Positions 15,940 to 24,000 of a DNA stretch of 24,000 nucleotides are shown here, piece after piece (the first letter of the stretch is position 1; each line of letters opens with the position of its first letter). Source of the DNA: Acidobacteriota bacterium (GTDB taxonomy: Bacteria > Acidobacteriota > UBA6911 > RPQK01 > JAPXNP01). The stretch lies in assembly GCA_030614585.1 (NCBI GenBank), contig JAUWTT010000002.1, positions 7,358 through 31,357 on the forward strand, given 5' to 3'. The position numbers and the translations under genes are program-made. The notes under the pieces are model-generated. The model was not told the origin of the DNA, searched no databases, and saw only the letters and a list, made by a program, of their open reading frames with translations.

Positions 15940-16548
15940 TCAGTTGGCTATGCCTAATTCCTGTTTCGCTGCTTCTATGATCTTTGTGGCGTTCGCCGTA
16001 CTGCCCTGACGCTGGCGCAGGAAAGTGTACAGTTCGCGACGAGCTTCTTTTGAGGACGAACCTTGCAGGGCAACAGCTCTCGCAAAAGAGAGAATTGCCT
16101 GATCGATCTTGTTCGCCCGCCAGTAGCAGTAACCCAGACGGAGATGTGTAAAATCGACCATTGGATCCAACTGAGCGGATTTTTCAAAGTTCTTTTGCGC
16201 CGTCCTGAAGTCGCCTAAAATATAGGCATTCTCTCCCAGCGCCCGGTAAGCGAAAGCCTTGGCCTGATTCAGCTGAGGATCCTCCGACTTCTCCATAGAT
16301 GCAAGGGCTTTCGTGGCGTACGCAGAAGCCTTCTCGAGGTCCTGGAGTGCCCAGGCCGAATTCACCAATTCAACCAGCATTTCCGCATTGTTTGGAGCGT
16401 GTTTCAGAGTTCGCTGGGCCCATTTTTCGAAGTTGGCTGTGTCGCCCATCGACTTATAGGCTTTCGCTACCAGATATGCAGAAGCAGCATTTGGAGCCTG
16501 GTTATAAACCTTGGTTCCAAATTCAACGAGTTTTCCTGGCTGCCCCAA
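15940..16548 (-). CDS. TPR-repeat protein, C-terminal fragment; the frame stays open upstream to 16656
   Basis: 202 aa ORF beginning at TTG. TPR-like helices include AKAFAYRALGENAYILGDFRTAQKNFEKSAQLDP and LRLGYCYWRANKIDQAILSFARAVAL. It is in the same frame as 16657..16893, and a single TAG separates the two. Confidence 0.7.
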   Translation of the reverse strand: MGQPGKLVEFGTKVYNQAPNAASAYLVAKAYKSMGDTANFEKWAQRTLKHAPNNAEMLVELVNSAWALQDLEKASAYATKALASMEKSEDPQLNQAKAFAYRALGENAYILGDFRTAQKNFEKSAQLDPMVDFTHLRLGYCYWRANKIDQAILSFARAVALQGSSSKEARRELYTFLRQRQGSTANATKIIEAAKQELGIAN

Positions 16549-16656
16549 TTGCTGATAAGCTTCGGTTGCTGCCGCTGCTGCCGCCTTGTCAGCAGGCCGG
16601 TACCTCAGGTATTTCTCGCTAGCCGTAGCGCGCGGGGCCCACTGGCCTTTCTGCCG

Positions 16657-16893
16657 CTATCCGTCCAAGTATTGGGAATACAGGTAGGCAACGTTCGGGT
16701 CCAGCTGTGATTTCTTATACTTCTGAACAAACTCAATTATGAGAGCGGCCCGTTGCGCTACGTTTGTCTCTTGGTTCGCCTTCTCATAAAGATCATACTC
16801 TTCTGCGTACGTATCCCCCGTTTGCGCCGCAATCCCGGCAGGTAAAACGATTACCATTGCGAGGGAAAATACAACTCGAAGTCTCCAAGACAT
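16657..16893 (-). CDS. N-terminal fragment of the same TPR protein (signal peptide plus first helices), ending at an in-frame TAG
   Basis: 78 aa with signal peptide MSWRLRVVFSLAMVIVLPAGIAAQ. SD AAGGAGG lies 5 nt upstream of ATG 16893. The stop is TAG at 16657-16659. Confidence 0.65.
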   Translation of the reverse strand: MSWRLRVVFSLAMVIVLPAGIAAQTGDTYAEEYDLYEKANQETNVAQRAALIIEFVQKYKKSQLDPNVAYLYSQYLDG

Positions 16894-16951
16894 ACCAGCC
16901 TCCTTTTCAATAGGAATTATGTTCCTGAATCGAAGGGAATGTCCATAGAGA

Positions 16952-18130
16952 TTATGAGACTTTTTGGATCAAGTTGAACTCAAGGAAAATGGGATCGTGA
17001 TCAGACAGAGGCTGAGAAGGATCGTTAACGTCTTGGATGACCTGAGGGGGATTGTCGAGAGCCGGGATGATGTCTTTTCCGGCAAACCAGTCCAGCTTCA
17101 TGGAACACTTGCCGTCGTTCTTTTCGAGTGCCCAGTTAATGAACCAGAAGCACCAGTTGGGAATCCAATCGGCCATGCGTCCATTGGCGGCAAGATCTTT
17201 CACATCATAATGAAGCGTACAGCCTCCGGGCTCGTTGAGGTTCTCGTACACGTACCCACGATCCTCCAAGAGCCTGAAAAGATGTCGCTCGAACCATCGG
17301 TCGGGATGTGGAAAATGATTCCTGATTACATGTCGAACTCCCATCAATACACGCCGAACATAGCCCATTATGGTAAGGAACGCGTTTCTTGAATTGTAAG
17401 TCGATGTGTTCCAGTCACCCCCGATCAAGGCCGGAAATTCGGGGTGGAAGCGGTCGAGATCGTCCAGGACCAACTCCATCTGGTGTGCTCGATGTTTCTG
17501 GGTAGAATGTGCGTCCAGATGGACGCTCACCACTCTGAATTTCCCTTGAGGATGATCTATTAGGGCTATGACGGCGTTCTGGCTGCCCAGCCGCTTTTCC
17601 TTGCCGCGCATTTTGTCTTTGCCATTAGGGATAAGGACGGAATGCGCCCCCAGTATTGGATACCTGGAAAAAAGAGCATTGCCGTGGAGGCCAAGGTCGT
17701 TGTGTCCGTCCACGTTGCTTTCAAGCCCGCTTCCCTTCTCCAGATTGATGTAACACGGAGCGAAAGCGAAATTCAGATCAAGCGCGTCTGCCAGTTCCTC
17801 GGGGACTCGCCTGTTTTGGCTCCTCGCCATCCCGTAGTCAAGTTCCGTCAGAATATAGACATCGTTTCCGCGCATGATGGGGTGAGATTTCAGTGTATCG
17901 ATGATTCCTTCCAGATGAGTCCCGCGCTCAACATTCCAGCCTGAAACCGTGATTGGACCGGAATCGATCGGCGCGGGTTTCACATGGTTTTGCTGAAGCA
18001 CACTCGACAGGACTCGGCGAACTTCGGGCTCTATCTCCCGGTATTCGGGCAGGCGCTTCAGCTCCTCACTCGAATTGGCTTGACTAAGTTTGCCAAGATA
18101 TGGACTAAGGTTATGGTCTAATATGTTCAC
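16952..18130 (-). CDS. Endonuclease/exonuclease/phosphatase (EEP) family hydrolase
   Basis: 392 aa with EEP catalytic motifs in order: GWNVERG, ILTELD, LHGNALFSRYP, VSVHLDAH, IGGDWNT, LSDHDPIF. Start is GTG 18130, with GAGGA about 10 nt upstream. No signal peptide is seen. Confidence 0.85.
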   Translation of the reverse strand: MNILDHNLSPYLGKLSQANSSEELKRLPEYREIEPEVRRVLSSVLQQNHVKPAPIDSGPITVSGWNVERGTHLEGIIDTLKSHPIMRGNDVYILTELDYGMARSQNRRVPEELADALDLNFAFAPCYINLEKGSGLESNVDGHNDLGLHGNALFSRYPILGAHSVLIPNGKDKMRGKEKRLGSQNAVIALIDHPQGKFRVVSVHLDAHSTQKHRAHQMELVLDDLDRFHPEFPALIGGDWNTSTYNSRNAFLTIMGYVRRVLMGVRHVIRNHFPHPDRWFERHLFRLLEDRGYVYENLNEPGGCTLHYDVKDLAANGRMADWIPNWCFWFINWALEKNDGKCSMKLDWFAGKDIIPALDNPPQVIQDVNDPSQPLSDHDPIFLEFNLIQKVS

Positions 18131-18430
18131 GGCTCACAATCCTCTGGCACTGTCTGTTGCCTGAACTAAGAATTCTAAAGGAAAAGGGGTCCGGGAGTCT
18201 TTAAAGCAAAAAGGAAGCCCGCACATGAGGGTGTGCAGCCAAGAATTCCGACCCATCCAAACGAAGTTCGAAGTTTGAAGTTCGAATCTCAAACTCAAAA
18301 ATCTAATGATTGAAACAGGCTTTCGCTGATAAGCTGTTTAGAAACAGTCACTTTAGGGCGTTTGGAGTACTTCCATTTAGACCTACATGTCTTTAGCATG
18401 TCTCAAACACGAAGGTCCGTGTTCAGGGAG

Positions 18431-20692
18431 TCAATCAATCTCGTCCTTCTTATCCGCTGGTCTCTGCTGACTACCTCGGAGTTCTTCCAAACTGATCTGG
18501 ATGGAGGCATTCGATTCCAATAGATCGGCCAGGATTTCCTCTCTCGACTTCCCAACAGCTTCAGGCTTTGACCTCTCCTCCAGGAATGGCCAAAGCGCTT
18601 CTTTAATCTCGGGAGGGAGGATACTGTCGAGGTACTCGAGTGCCGTACCCTTCAGCGTCTGGTCCACTGTGTGCAGACCTCGAAAGGCAATTCTAAGCGG
18701 TTCGCGAGGAAGTCGAAGTGCCAGTAGTGTGAAAACGTGCTCGAGGCTGCGGTTAGCCCTCTCCTCGAGCACCCGATCCACGAAAACGGAGTCTTCGTCT
18801 TTGTCGAGTTTGTCGAAGAGACGGTGGCTCTCCCACACTCGGCGGTCAACTGCCACTTCTCTCAGCACCGCCTTAATCATAGTTTCTCGATCAATCTTGA
18901 CATCTGGATTTGTCTCCGTGATAAAGGCCAGTGCGCGCCCACACTGAAAGCGAACCTCGAACCTTGTGTCCTGAAGACCCCAGAGGAGCCCCTGAGCCGT
19001 TCGCTGGCTAGGGCTCGCTCTCAATACTCGGGGGATTCTCCGACGAACTGCGAAATCCTCTTCGGCGCTGACCAGATGATCGGCGAGTTGGCCCTCGATA
19101 CGTTTCGAAAACTCTCTCAGCGCTAGCACTGCTTCTCTGGCAACCAGATCCCAGGCTAACAGGCGGATGATATGTGGCACTAAGGCCAAGTCCAGCTCTC
19201 GCTCAGCGAGCACTGCCCTGACACGTGCGGGATCTCCTGACTTGAGATCCTGCATCTGCCTCAATACTGGATCCAGGACCCTTGCCTGCCGAATTGCTGC
19301 CTGGCCTTGAGCAGAGGTTTCTTTCAGAAGCGCCTCTCGTTCAGACTCCGGGATCAGGTCTTTCAATTCCGAGAGGTCTAAAGTCGCCATAGTCCGAGCA
19401 AGGGTCTGTTGAGTCGTTTTTTCCGATATCTCACTTAGATTCATCTCAACTGCCCGATCGCGAAGGCTGCGTTCGAGGGTAGAGATATATCCCTTTTGCA
19501 AACGGCGGGTTACTAGAATCCCCACAATTCCAAGCGCACTGGCTAATAGAAGGAGCGCAGCGTTTGGGGACTGTGGGAGGACAAAGAGCACCATGAGGAC
19601 GACGACCCCTCCCAGAGCGTCACCCAAACGTTCGAATCCGACATCGATGATCGGCTTTGCAGCTCGTTTCTCCTGAGCACGAACAGGGGTGTACGCGAGT
19701 TCATAGGCAGAACGGTACAAGGAGTTGCGCGTTATCGCCTCTGCTGCCCGAGCCACCATAGCTGACATCAAGGCAGGGAACAAGAGAGTTCCAAAAGAGC
19801 CAACGATTGCCGAGACAGGGAGGGTACACGCAGTTTTCGCAAGTCCAAGTTTCTGCAGGCTAACTCTGCTGAGACCACCTTGGAAAACAACCGTTACGAG
19901 CCCTATAGCAGTGTAGTAAAGAGCAAAGAAACGGAGCAGGCTTTCTCCTCCGGTATATACGTCGGTTGCATAGGCTTTAAAGACGTAATCAAGCAGGGCC
20001 GCGGCAACCGACCCCACCAATACCAGAGCAGCGAGGCTTTGGAGGTAAGATCGCCTGGCGAGTACCTGGGCACCCATTCGATACGATTCTGCCAGCGACG
20101 TTTTCGGTTTGCTTGCGGTGCTTTCAGGCGACCCTATCCGCCAGATGCCGGCCGCGCATGCCAAATGAAGCCCGACAAGGCAGGGGAGCATTTCGAACAG
20201 TGAAAAACCCGATGCAATCTGTGTCGCGAGCAAACCGCCGACGACACCTCCGACAGTACCCCCGGTGGCAATCCGACTGATCTGTTTCTTGCCTGAACGC
20301 GGGTCAAAACGTTCGTTTATGACTGACCAGAAACCGGAGATCAGGATCGCTCCGAAGGCTGCGATGTGCAAGTAAACAAGTACCGCAACGACACGGGGAC
20401 TGACGGAAAGCAGTGACCACTCAATCAGGAAAAAGAATGCACTCAGTGCAAATGCCACCGGAACCGTTCGAGAGGGCGCCCAGCGAGCAAAGAAACCCGA
20501 GGCTGATCCGATAACAACGATTCCCACCAATGAGGACACGACTAACATCTCGGGTAAAGCCGTCACATCAAAATTGGAGAAGAAGAGTGCATCTCGTGTT
20601 GCTTTTCCAGCCACTTGAGTGGCGATCATGAGAAGAGCAACCAGGGTTCCCAGCTTCGCTGGTGTCTTCGACGTCGCGTTGAGAGCCGTCAT
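18431..20692 (-). CDS. Polytopic transporter (MFS / ATP:ADP-antiporter-like fold) fused to a C-terminal HEAT/ARM-like repeat domain
   Basis: 753 aa. The first ~400 aa hold about 11-12 hydrophobic segments and an N-terminal KATRDALFFSNF...LP motif like TLC/Npt-type carriers. The last ~330 aa are soluble helical repeats (DPARVRAVLAE..., FEVRFQCGRALAFI..., ALEYLDSILPPEIKEALWPFL). Confidence 0.75.
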   Translation of the reverse strand: MTALNATSKTPAKLGTLVALLMIATQVAGKATRDALFFSNFDVTALPEMLVVSSLVGIVVIGSASGFFARWAPSRTVPVAFALSAFFFLIEWSLLSVSPRVVAVLVYLHIAAFGAILISGFWSVINERFDPRSGKKQISRIATGGTVGGVVGGLLATQIASGFSLFEMLPCLVGLHLACAAGIWRIGSPESTASKPKTSLAESYRMGAQVLARRSYLQSLAALVLVGSVAAALLDYVFKAYATDVYTGGESLLRFFALYYTAIGLVTVVFQGGLSRVSLQKLGLAKTACTLPVSAIVGSFGTLLFPALMSAMVARAAEAITRNSLYRSAYELAYTPVRAQEKRAAKPIIDVGFERLGDALGGVVVLMVLFVLPQSPNAALLLLASALGIVGILVTRRLQKGYISTLERSLRDRAVEMNLSEISEKTTQQTLARTMATLDLSELKDLIPESEREALLKETSAQGQAAIRQARVLDPVLRQMQDLKSGDPARVRAVLAERELDLALVPHIIRLLAWDLVAREAVLALREFSKRIEGQLADHLVSAEEDFAVRRRIPRVLRASPSQRTAQGLLWGLQDTRFEVRFQCGRALAFITETNPDVKIDRETMIKAVLREVAVDRRVWESHRLFDKLDKDEDSVFVDRVLEERANRSLEHVFTLLALRLPREPLRIAFRGLHTVDQTLKGTALEYLDSILPPEIKEALWPFLEERSKPEAVGKSREEILADLLESNASIQISLEELRGSQQRPADKKDEID

Positions 20693-20803
20693 TCCTTCCG
20701 AACCTTAATCATCCGACAAGAGACTAGGAACCGTCTACGGATTGTCCCGCAGTGACCGTTAATCCTGATTTCCGGGAATCGAAATTATGCCTCAGGCCGA
20801 ATC

Positions 20804-22219
20804 TCAAAGTTCCCACCCTTCACGGTAAGGGCTCTGCACATATTGGTTCGCCTCAGCCTGGTTAGTGACGGTCATTAATGGGCCATCCCAGATGAGCTTC
20901 CCAGTGCTTCGCTGAGCTACGTTGCCAAGGAGCACGGCTTCAGTAAGGGGTCCAGAATACTCAAAGTTGGAGCTTGCTGCAGGACCTCCCTTGCAAGCCC
21001 CGAGCCAGTCTCGATGATGGCCGTTAGAACGAAGCAGGCTTTTCGGAGGGGGAGTGTAACTGTCCGCAAGTGCTTTGGGGAGAAGCTCCGGCGGCCCACC
21101 CCAACCCCCACACAGAATCTGCCCTTTGTCTCCTACAAAGATGATTCCGTTCGTGCCTAGCACCCGTCCGTCCTCCAATCCAGCCGGTAGAGGTGGACGT
21201 CGGGGCCCGTCATACCAGGTCACTGTTACCGGGGGCATACCCTTCCGTGCTGGGAATTCATATCGGACGGTTGATTCGTCCAGCACGATCTCTGGATGTA
21301 GGCCCGTCGAAAAAGCTTCAACGGATTCCGCGTGCGTCAGGTGCAAGGCCCAAAAGGCAGGATCAAGGTTATGGCAGGCCATGTCCCCGATCGCCCCTGT
21401 GCCAAAATCCCACCACCCTCTCCAGTTGTACGGAGCATATGCTGGACTGTAGGGGCGAGAAAGTGCTGGACCAAGCCAAAGTTCCCAGTCGAAAGTAGGA
21501 GGAACAGCCGGCGTTCGTTTCGGCTTTCCAGCGTCTGCCCAACCACCTACGTCACTCCAGGCATGGACCTCCCGGATCTCCCCGATGGCTCCGTCCCATA
21601 TCCACTCGCAGGTTTGCCTGATCCCCTCGCCCGAGTGACCCTGGTTCCCCATCTGCGTCGCGACTCCAGCTTCGCGGGCCGCTTCCGTCAACTTGCGGAC
21701 CTCATAAATCGAGTGAGCCAACGGCTTCTCGCAGTAGACATGCTTGCCCAGTTGAATGGCCGCCATTGCCGTCACGGCATGAGCATGATCTGGTGTGGCC
21801 ACGACTACAGCGTCAATTCCTTTCTCCTGTTCCAGCATCTTGCGAAAGTCCAGATAGGGCGTACATGTTCCCGCTCCGCTCTTCTCGTTGTGGGAGCGGA
21901 TCAGGGCCAGGGCCGGGTTTCTACCCGCAGTTCCGCCATAGTAAAAAGCACTGTAGTCACTTTCTTCATTTGGATCAGCGATGGCAACAATCTGGACGTC
22001 AGGCTGCTGGAACAAATTCCGGATATTTGTGATGCCCTGGCCGCCCGTGCCGACGACTGCCAGGTTGAGGCGGTCGCTGGGTGGGACATATCCCCTGCCT
22101 CCGAGGGCAGACCGTGGCAAAATCGTGAAAAGACTCGCGGTCGCTGCCGTGCCCACAAGGAACTTCCGTCTTGAAAGATTAGTGTTTCCCGATCGGTTCA
22201 AGTGCTTCTCATTCAACAT
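20804..22219 (-). CDS. Tat-exported Gfo/Idh/MocA family oxidoreductase (periplasmic)
   Basis: Twin-arginine signal SRRKFLVGTAATASLFTILP, Rossmann motif LNLAVVGTGGQGITN, and EKP motif HVYCEKPL. Start is set to ATG 22219, with AAGGGGAG 4 nt upstream. The ORF-track extension to 22354 lacks an RBS and would abut the pfk stop. Confidence 0.85.
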   Translation of the reverse strand: MLNEKHLNRSGNTNLSRRKFLVGTAATASLFTILPRSALGGRGYVPPSDRLNLAVVGTGGQGITNIRNLFQQPDVQIVAIADPNEESDYSAFYYGGTAGRNPALALIRSHNEKSGAGTCTPYLDFRKMLEQEKGIDAVVVATPDHAHAVTAMAAIQLGKHVYCEKPLAHSIYEVRKLTEAAREAGVATQMGNQGHSGEGIRQTCEWIWDGAIGEIREVHAWSDVGGWADAGKPKRTPAVPPTFDWELWLGPALSRPYSPAYAPYNWRGWWDFGTGAIGDMACHNLDPAFWALHLTHAESVEAFSTGLHPEIVLDESTVRYEFPARKGMPPVTVTWYDGPRRPPLPAGLEDGRVLGTNGIIFVGDKGQILCGGWGGPPELLPKALADSYTPPPKSLLRSNGHHRDWLGACKGGPAASSNFEYSGPLTEAVLLGNVAQRSTGKLIWDGPLMTVTNQAEANQYVQSPYREGWEL

Positions 22220-22353
22220 TAGACTCCCCTTTTCCATGCTGGTGCTGCAGTAAACACCCTGAGCTGCCCAGATACATGCGGGTTCTTCTGGAGACGTGTG
22301 GTAAAGCGTGACGACGGGAACCTCCCGAATCAGAGGATTCCCGGTCCAGCCCA

Positions 22354-23472
22354 TTAATCACCCAGGCACGTACCAACATCACGCGCTGCCTGAATCCAAG
22401 GATGATCAAGTGGGACAGTCTTTCGCTGGCCGGCGACTTTCTCAAGGAGAACTGCTTCTACCTCATCACCCCTTGCCGCTACCATGACCCCGGCAACTCC
22501 TTCATGTATCAGCCTGGCACAGGCAGTCCCCAACCGCGTGGCCAGAAGACGATCAGCTGCGGACGGTGTGCCGCCTCTTTGCAGATGTCCAAGAATCGTT
22601 ACCCTGGACTCAAGGCCGGTCAACTGTTCGAGCCGCTTGGAGAGAGACAACGTTCTGTTCGCGAGGCGCATCTCAAGTTTCGCCAGTTCCACATCCGGCG
22701 CAGACTTCCCTTTCCTCGCCGCCCCCTTCTTCTGGTCGTCAACCGCGCTCACAGCCTTCACATCATCATTTGACATCGCACCCTCTGAAAGGGCAACGAT
22801 ACTAAACTGTTTACCTTCGCGACTTCGCTGTCGGATCGCTTTCGCTACTGTCTCAATATCGTAAGGAATCTCAGGGATCAGGATCACGTCAGCTCCCCCA
22901 GAGATCCCAGCTCCGAGCGCAAGCCATCCAGTTCGGTGTCCCATGATTTCAACCACAATTATTCGATGGTGACTGTGAGCAGTACTATGAAGTCGATCAA
23001 TAGCTTCTGTCGAAATACCGAGCGCTGTATCAAAGCCGAGAGTCGTATCTGTCATCGCGACGTCATTGTCTATGGTCTTGGGCAGCGTAATGATGTCCAA
23101 ACCCTTTTTCTTGAGGCGGAGCGCATTCTTCTGAGTGCCACCGCCTCCAAGACAAACAAGAACATCCAGGTGATGCCTCGTGTAGGTATTTACCATGACG
23201 TCTGTCATGTCGAGGAGTTTGTTTCCAACGGGCATTCTGTGCGGCTTGTCCCGGCCTGCGCCGAGAATCGTGCCACCTCGCGTCAGGATGTCAGATAACG
23301 TGGGCCCGTCGAGGCGCATGACCCGGTCCTGCATCAGACCTCGGAAGCCATCACGGAAACCGATGACATCCATGCCGTAGACAACCTGGGCAGCTTTTCC
23401 GACACCTCGGATCGCTGCGTTCAGTCCTGGGCTATCGCCCCCTGCTGTCAATATCCCAACATGTTTTGCCAT
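22354..23472 (-). CDS. pfk: 6-phosphofructokinase (PfkA family; phosphoryl donor not resolved)
   Basis: Motifs are [39 protein letters not shown] and ILGHLQRGG. Start is set to ATG 23472, with GGAGGA 4 nt upstream. The ORF-track N-terminal extension to 23607 has no homology-like sequence. Confidence 0.9.
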   Translation of the reverse strand: MAKHVGILTAGGDSPGLNAAIRGVGKAAQVVYGMDVIGFRDGFRGLMQDRVMRLDGPTLSDILTRGGTILGAGRDKPHRMPVGNKLLDMTDVMVNTYTRHHLDVLVCLGGGGTQKNALRLKKKGLDIITLPKTIDNDVAMTDTTLGFDTALGISTEAIDRLHSTAHSHHRIIVVEIMGHRTGWLALGAGISGGADVILIPEIPYDIETVAKAIRQRSREGKQFSIVALSEGAMSNDDVKAVSAVDDQKKGAARKGKSAPDVELAKLEMRLANRTLSLSKRLEQLTGLESRVTILGHLQRGGTPSAADRLLATRLGTACARLIHEGVAGVMVAARGDEVEAVLLEKVAGQRKTVPLDHPWIQAARDVGTCLGD

Positions 23473-23676
23473 GCTATCCTCCAGTGGAACTCTGCCTTCC
23501 GTCTTGGAAACGAGACAAAGGCTTCGTGCCCCCTGCCACCGAGCTCCTACCAGCAGCCACCGAATCAAACTGACTTCGCAATTTGCTGAGGCGGAATCAG
23601 TCCGCATCGTTCTTGGAACGGTGCAGAATCCACAGCAAGAAACCCCGATGCCCTAGCCCTCGAGCTTGACTTGTTG

Positions 23677-24000
23677 TCAAACAGTCGCTTTTCGAATCTG
23701 CCTTTTGAGTCCTCGGATCTTGCGCCTGAGCTCCTTCAGTTTCTTGTGATCATGTTTCTCAAGAGCCTTACCGCGTTTGACCTTCAAATCCCGAATCTTC
23801 AGTTTGATCTTGGATTTGTCGACTCCAACAACCTCATGATGGGCGTGAGCCTGAATGCCCAACACCTCGCAAAGTCTCTGCTGAAGGTCCGCTTTGTGCA
23901 TCGTGCTGTGGCCGTGGAGCGATTCGTGTTCAAGTCCGTCGGCGATTTCTCTGAGTTGGGCAACTGTCTTTTTGTGCAGTTCTTCGTAGGTGTATTCCAT
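23677..24000 (-). CDS. Small basic protein with a Rho_N/SAP-like N-terminal helix-extended-helix motif and a Lys/Arg-rich tail
   Basis: 107 aa. YEELHKKTVAQLREIADGLEHESLHGHSTMHKADLQQRL resembles the Rho N-terminal (HeH) motif. The tail reads KIKLKIRDLKVKRGKALEKHDHKKLKELRRKIRGLKRQIRK. The ATG is the last codon of the window, so the true start could lie beyond it. Confidence 0.55.
   Translation of the reverse strand: MEYTYEELHKKTVAQLREIADGLEHESLHGHSTMHKADLQQRLCEVLGIQAHAHHEVVGVDKSKIKLKIRDLKVKRGKALEKHDHKKLKELRRKIRGLKRQIRKATV

Noticed and set aside
22220-22354. N-terminal extension of the Tat oxidoreductase ORF ([12 protein letters not shown]...)
   Set aside because: It has no RBS and would begin at the pfk stop codon. 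The internal ATG 22219 has a strong AAGGGGAG SD and places the twin-arginine motif at a normal distance from the N-terminus.
23473-23607. N-terminal extension of the pfk ORF ([12 protein letters not shown]...)
   Set aside because: PFK homology starts exactly at [19 protein letters not shown] precedes ATG 23472, and the extension has no conserved-looking sequence.

Overview
This is a 24 kb window of moderately GC-rich bacterial chromosome, densely packed with genes. Gene content suggests an Acidobacteriota-like Gram-negative organism (a TonB-dependent receptor with a carboxypeptidase-regulatory-like N-domain, a Tat-signal Gfo/Idh/MocA oxidoreductase, AHDFNN-type kinases), but this is inference only. 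I support about 17 coding regions. They are a REC-EAL response regulator (truncated by the window edge), a sensor-less histidine kinase and a divergent multi-TM PAS hybrid kinase. Next come a secreted subtilase with a C-terminal hexapeptide repeat array, two Gfo/Idh/MocA oxidoreductases, tryptophanase and a TonB-dependent receptor. The rest are a 5'-truncated RND adaptor next to an intact RND permease, a TPR protein split by one in-frame TAG, an EEP-family hydrolase, a transporter-HEAT fusion, a 6-phosphofructokinase and a small Rho_N-like protein. I found no rRNA, tRNA, CRISPR array, transposase, integrase, or recognisable defence or biosynthetic cluster, and I cannot point to a convincing new multi-gene system. 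The most unusual items are five. (1) A roughly 350 bp non-coding repeat island at 11604-11945 holds in-phase heptamer arrays, a 65 bp direct-repeat pair and a 13 bp perfect hairpin, and sits beside the decapitated adaptor gene. (2) The subtilase carries an 11-copy GVFWTD repeat. (3) A perfect TGTGA-N6-TCACA palindrome lies upstream of that protease. (4) A single in-frame amber codon splits the TPR gene. (5) A transporter is fused to a HEAT-repeat domain. All functional calls rest on motif recognition by eye, and no database search was run.
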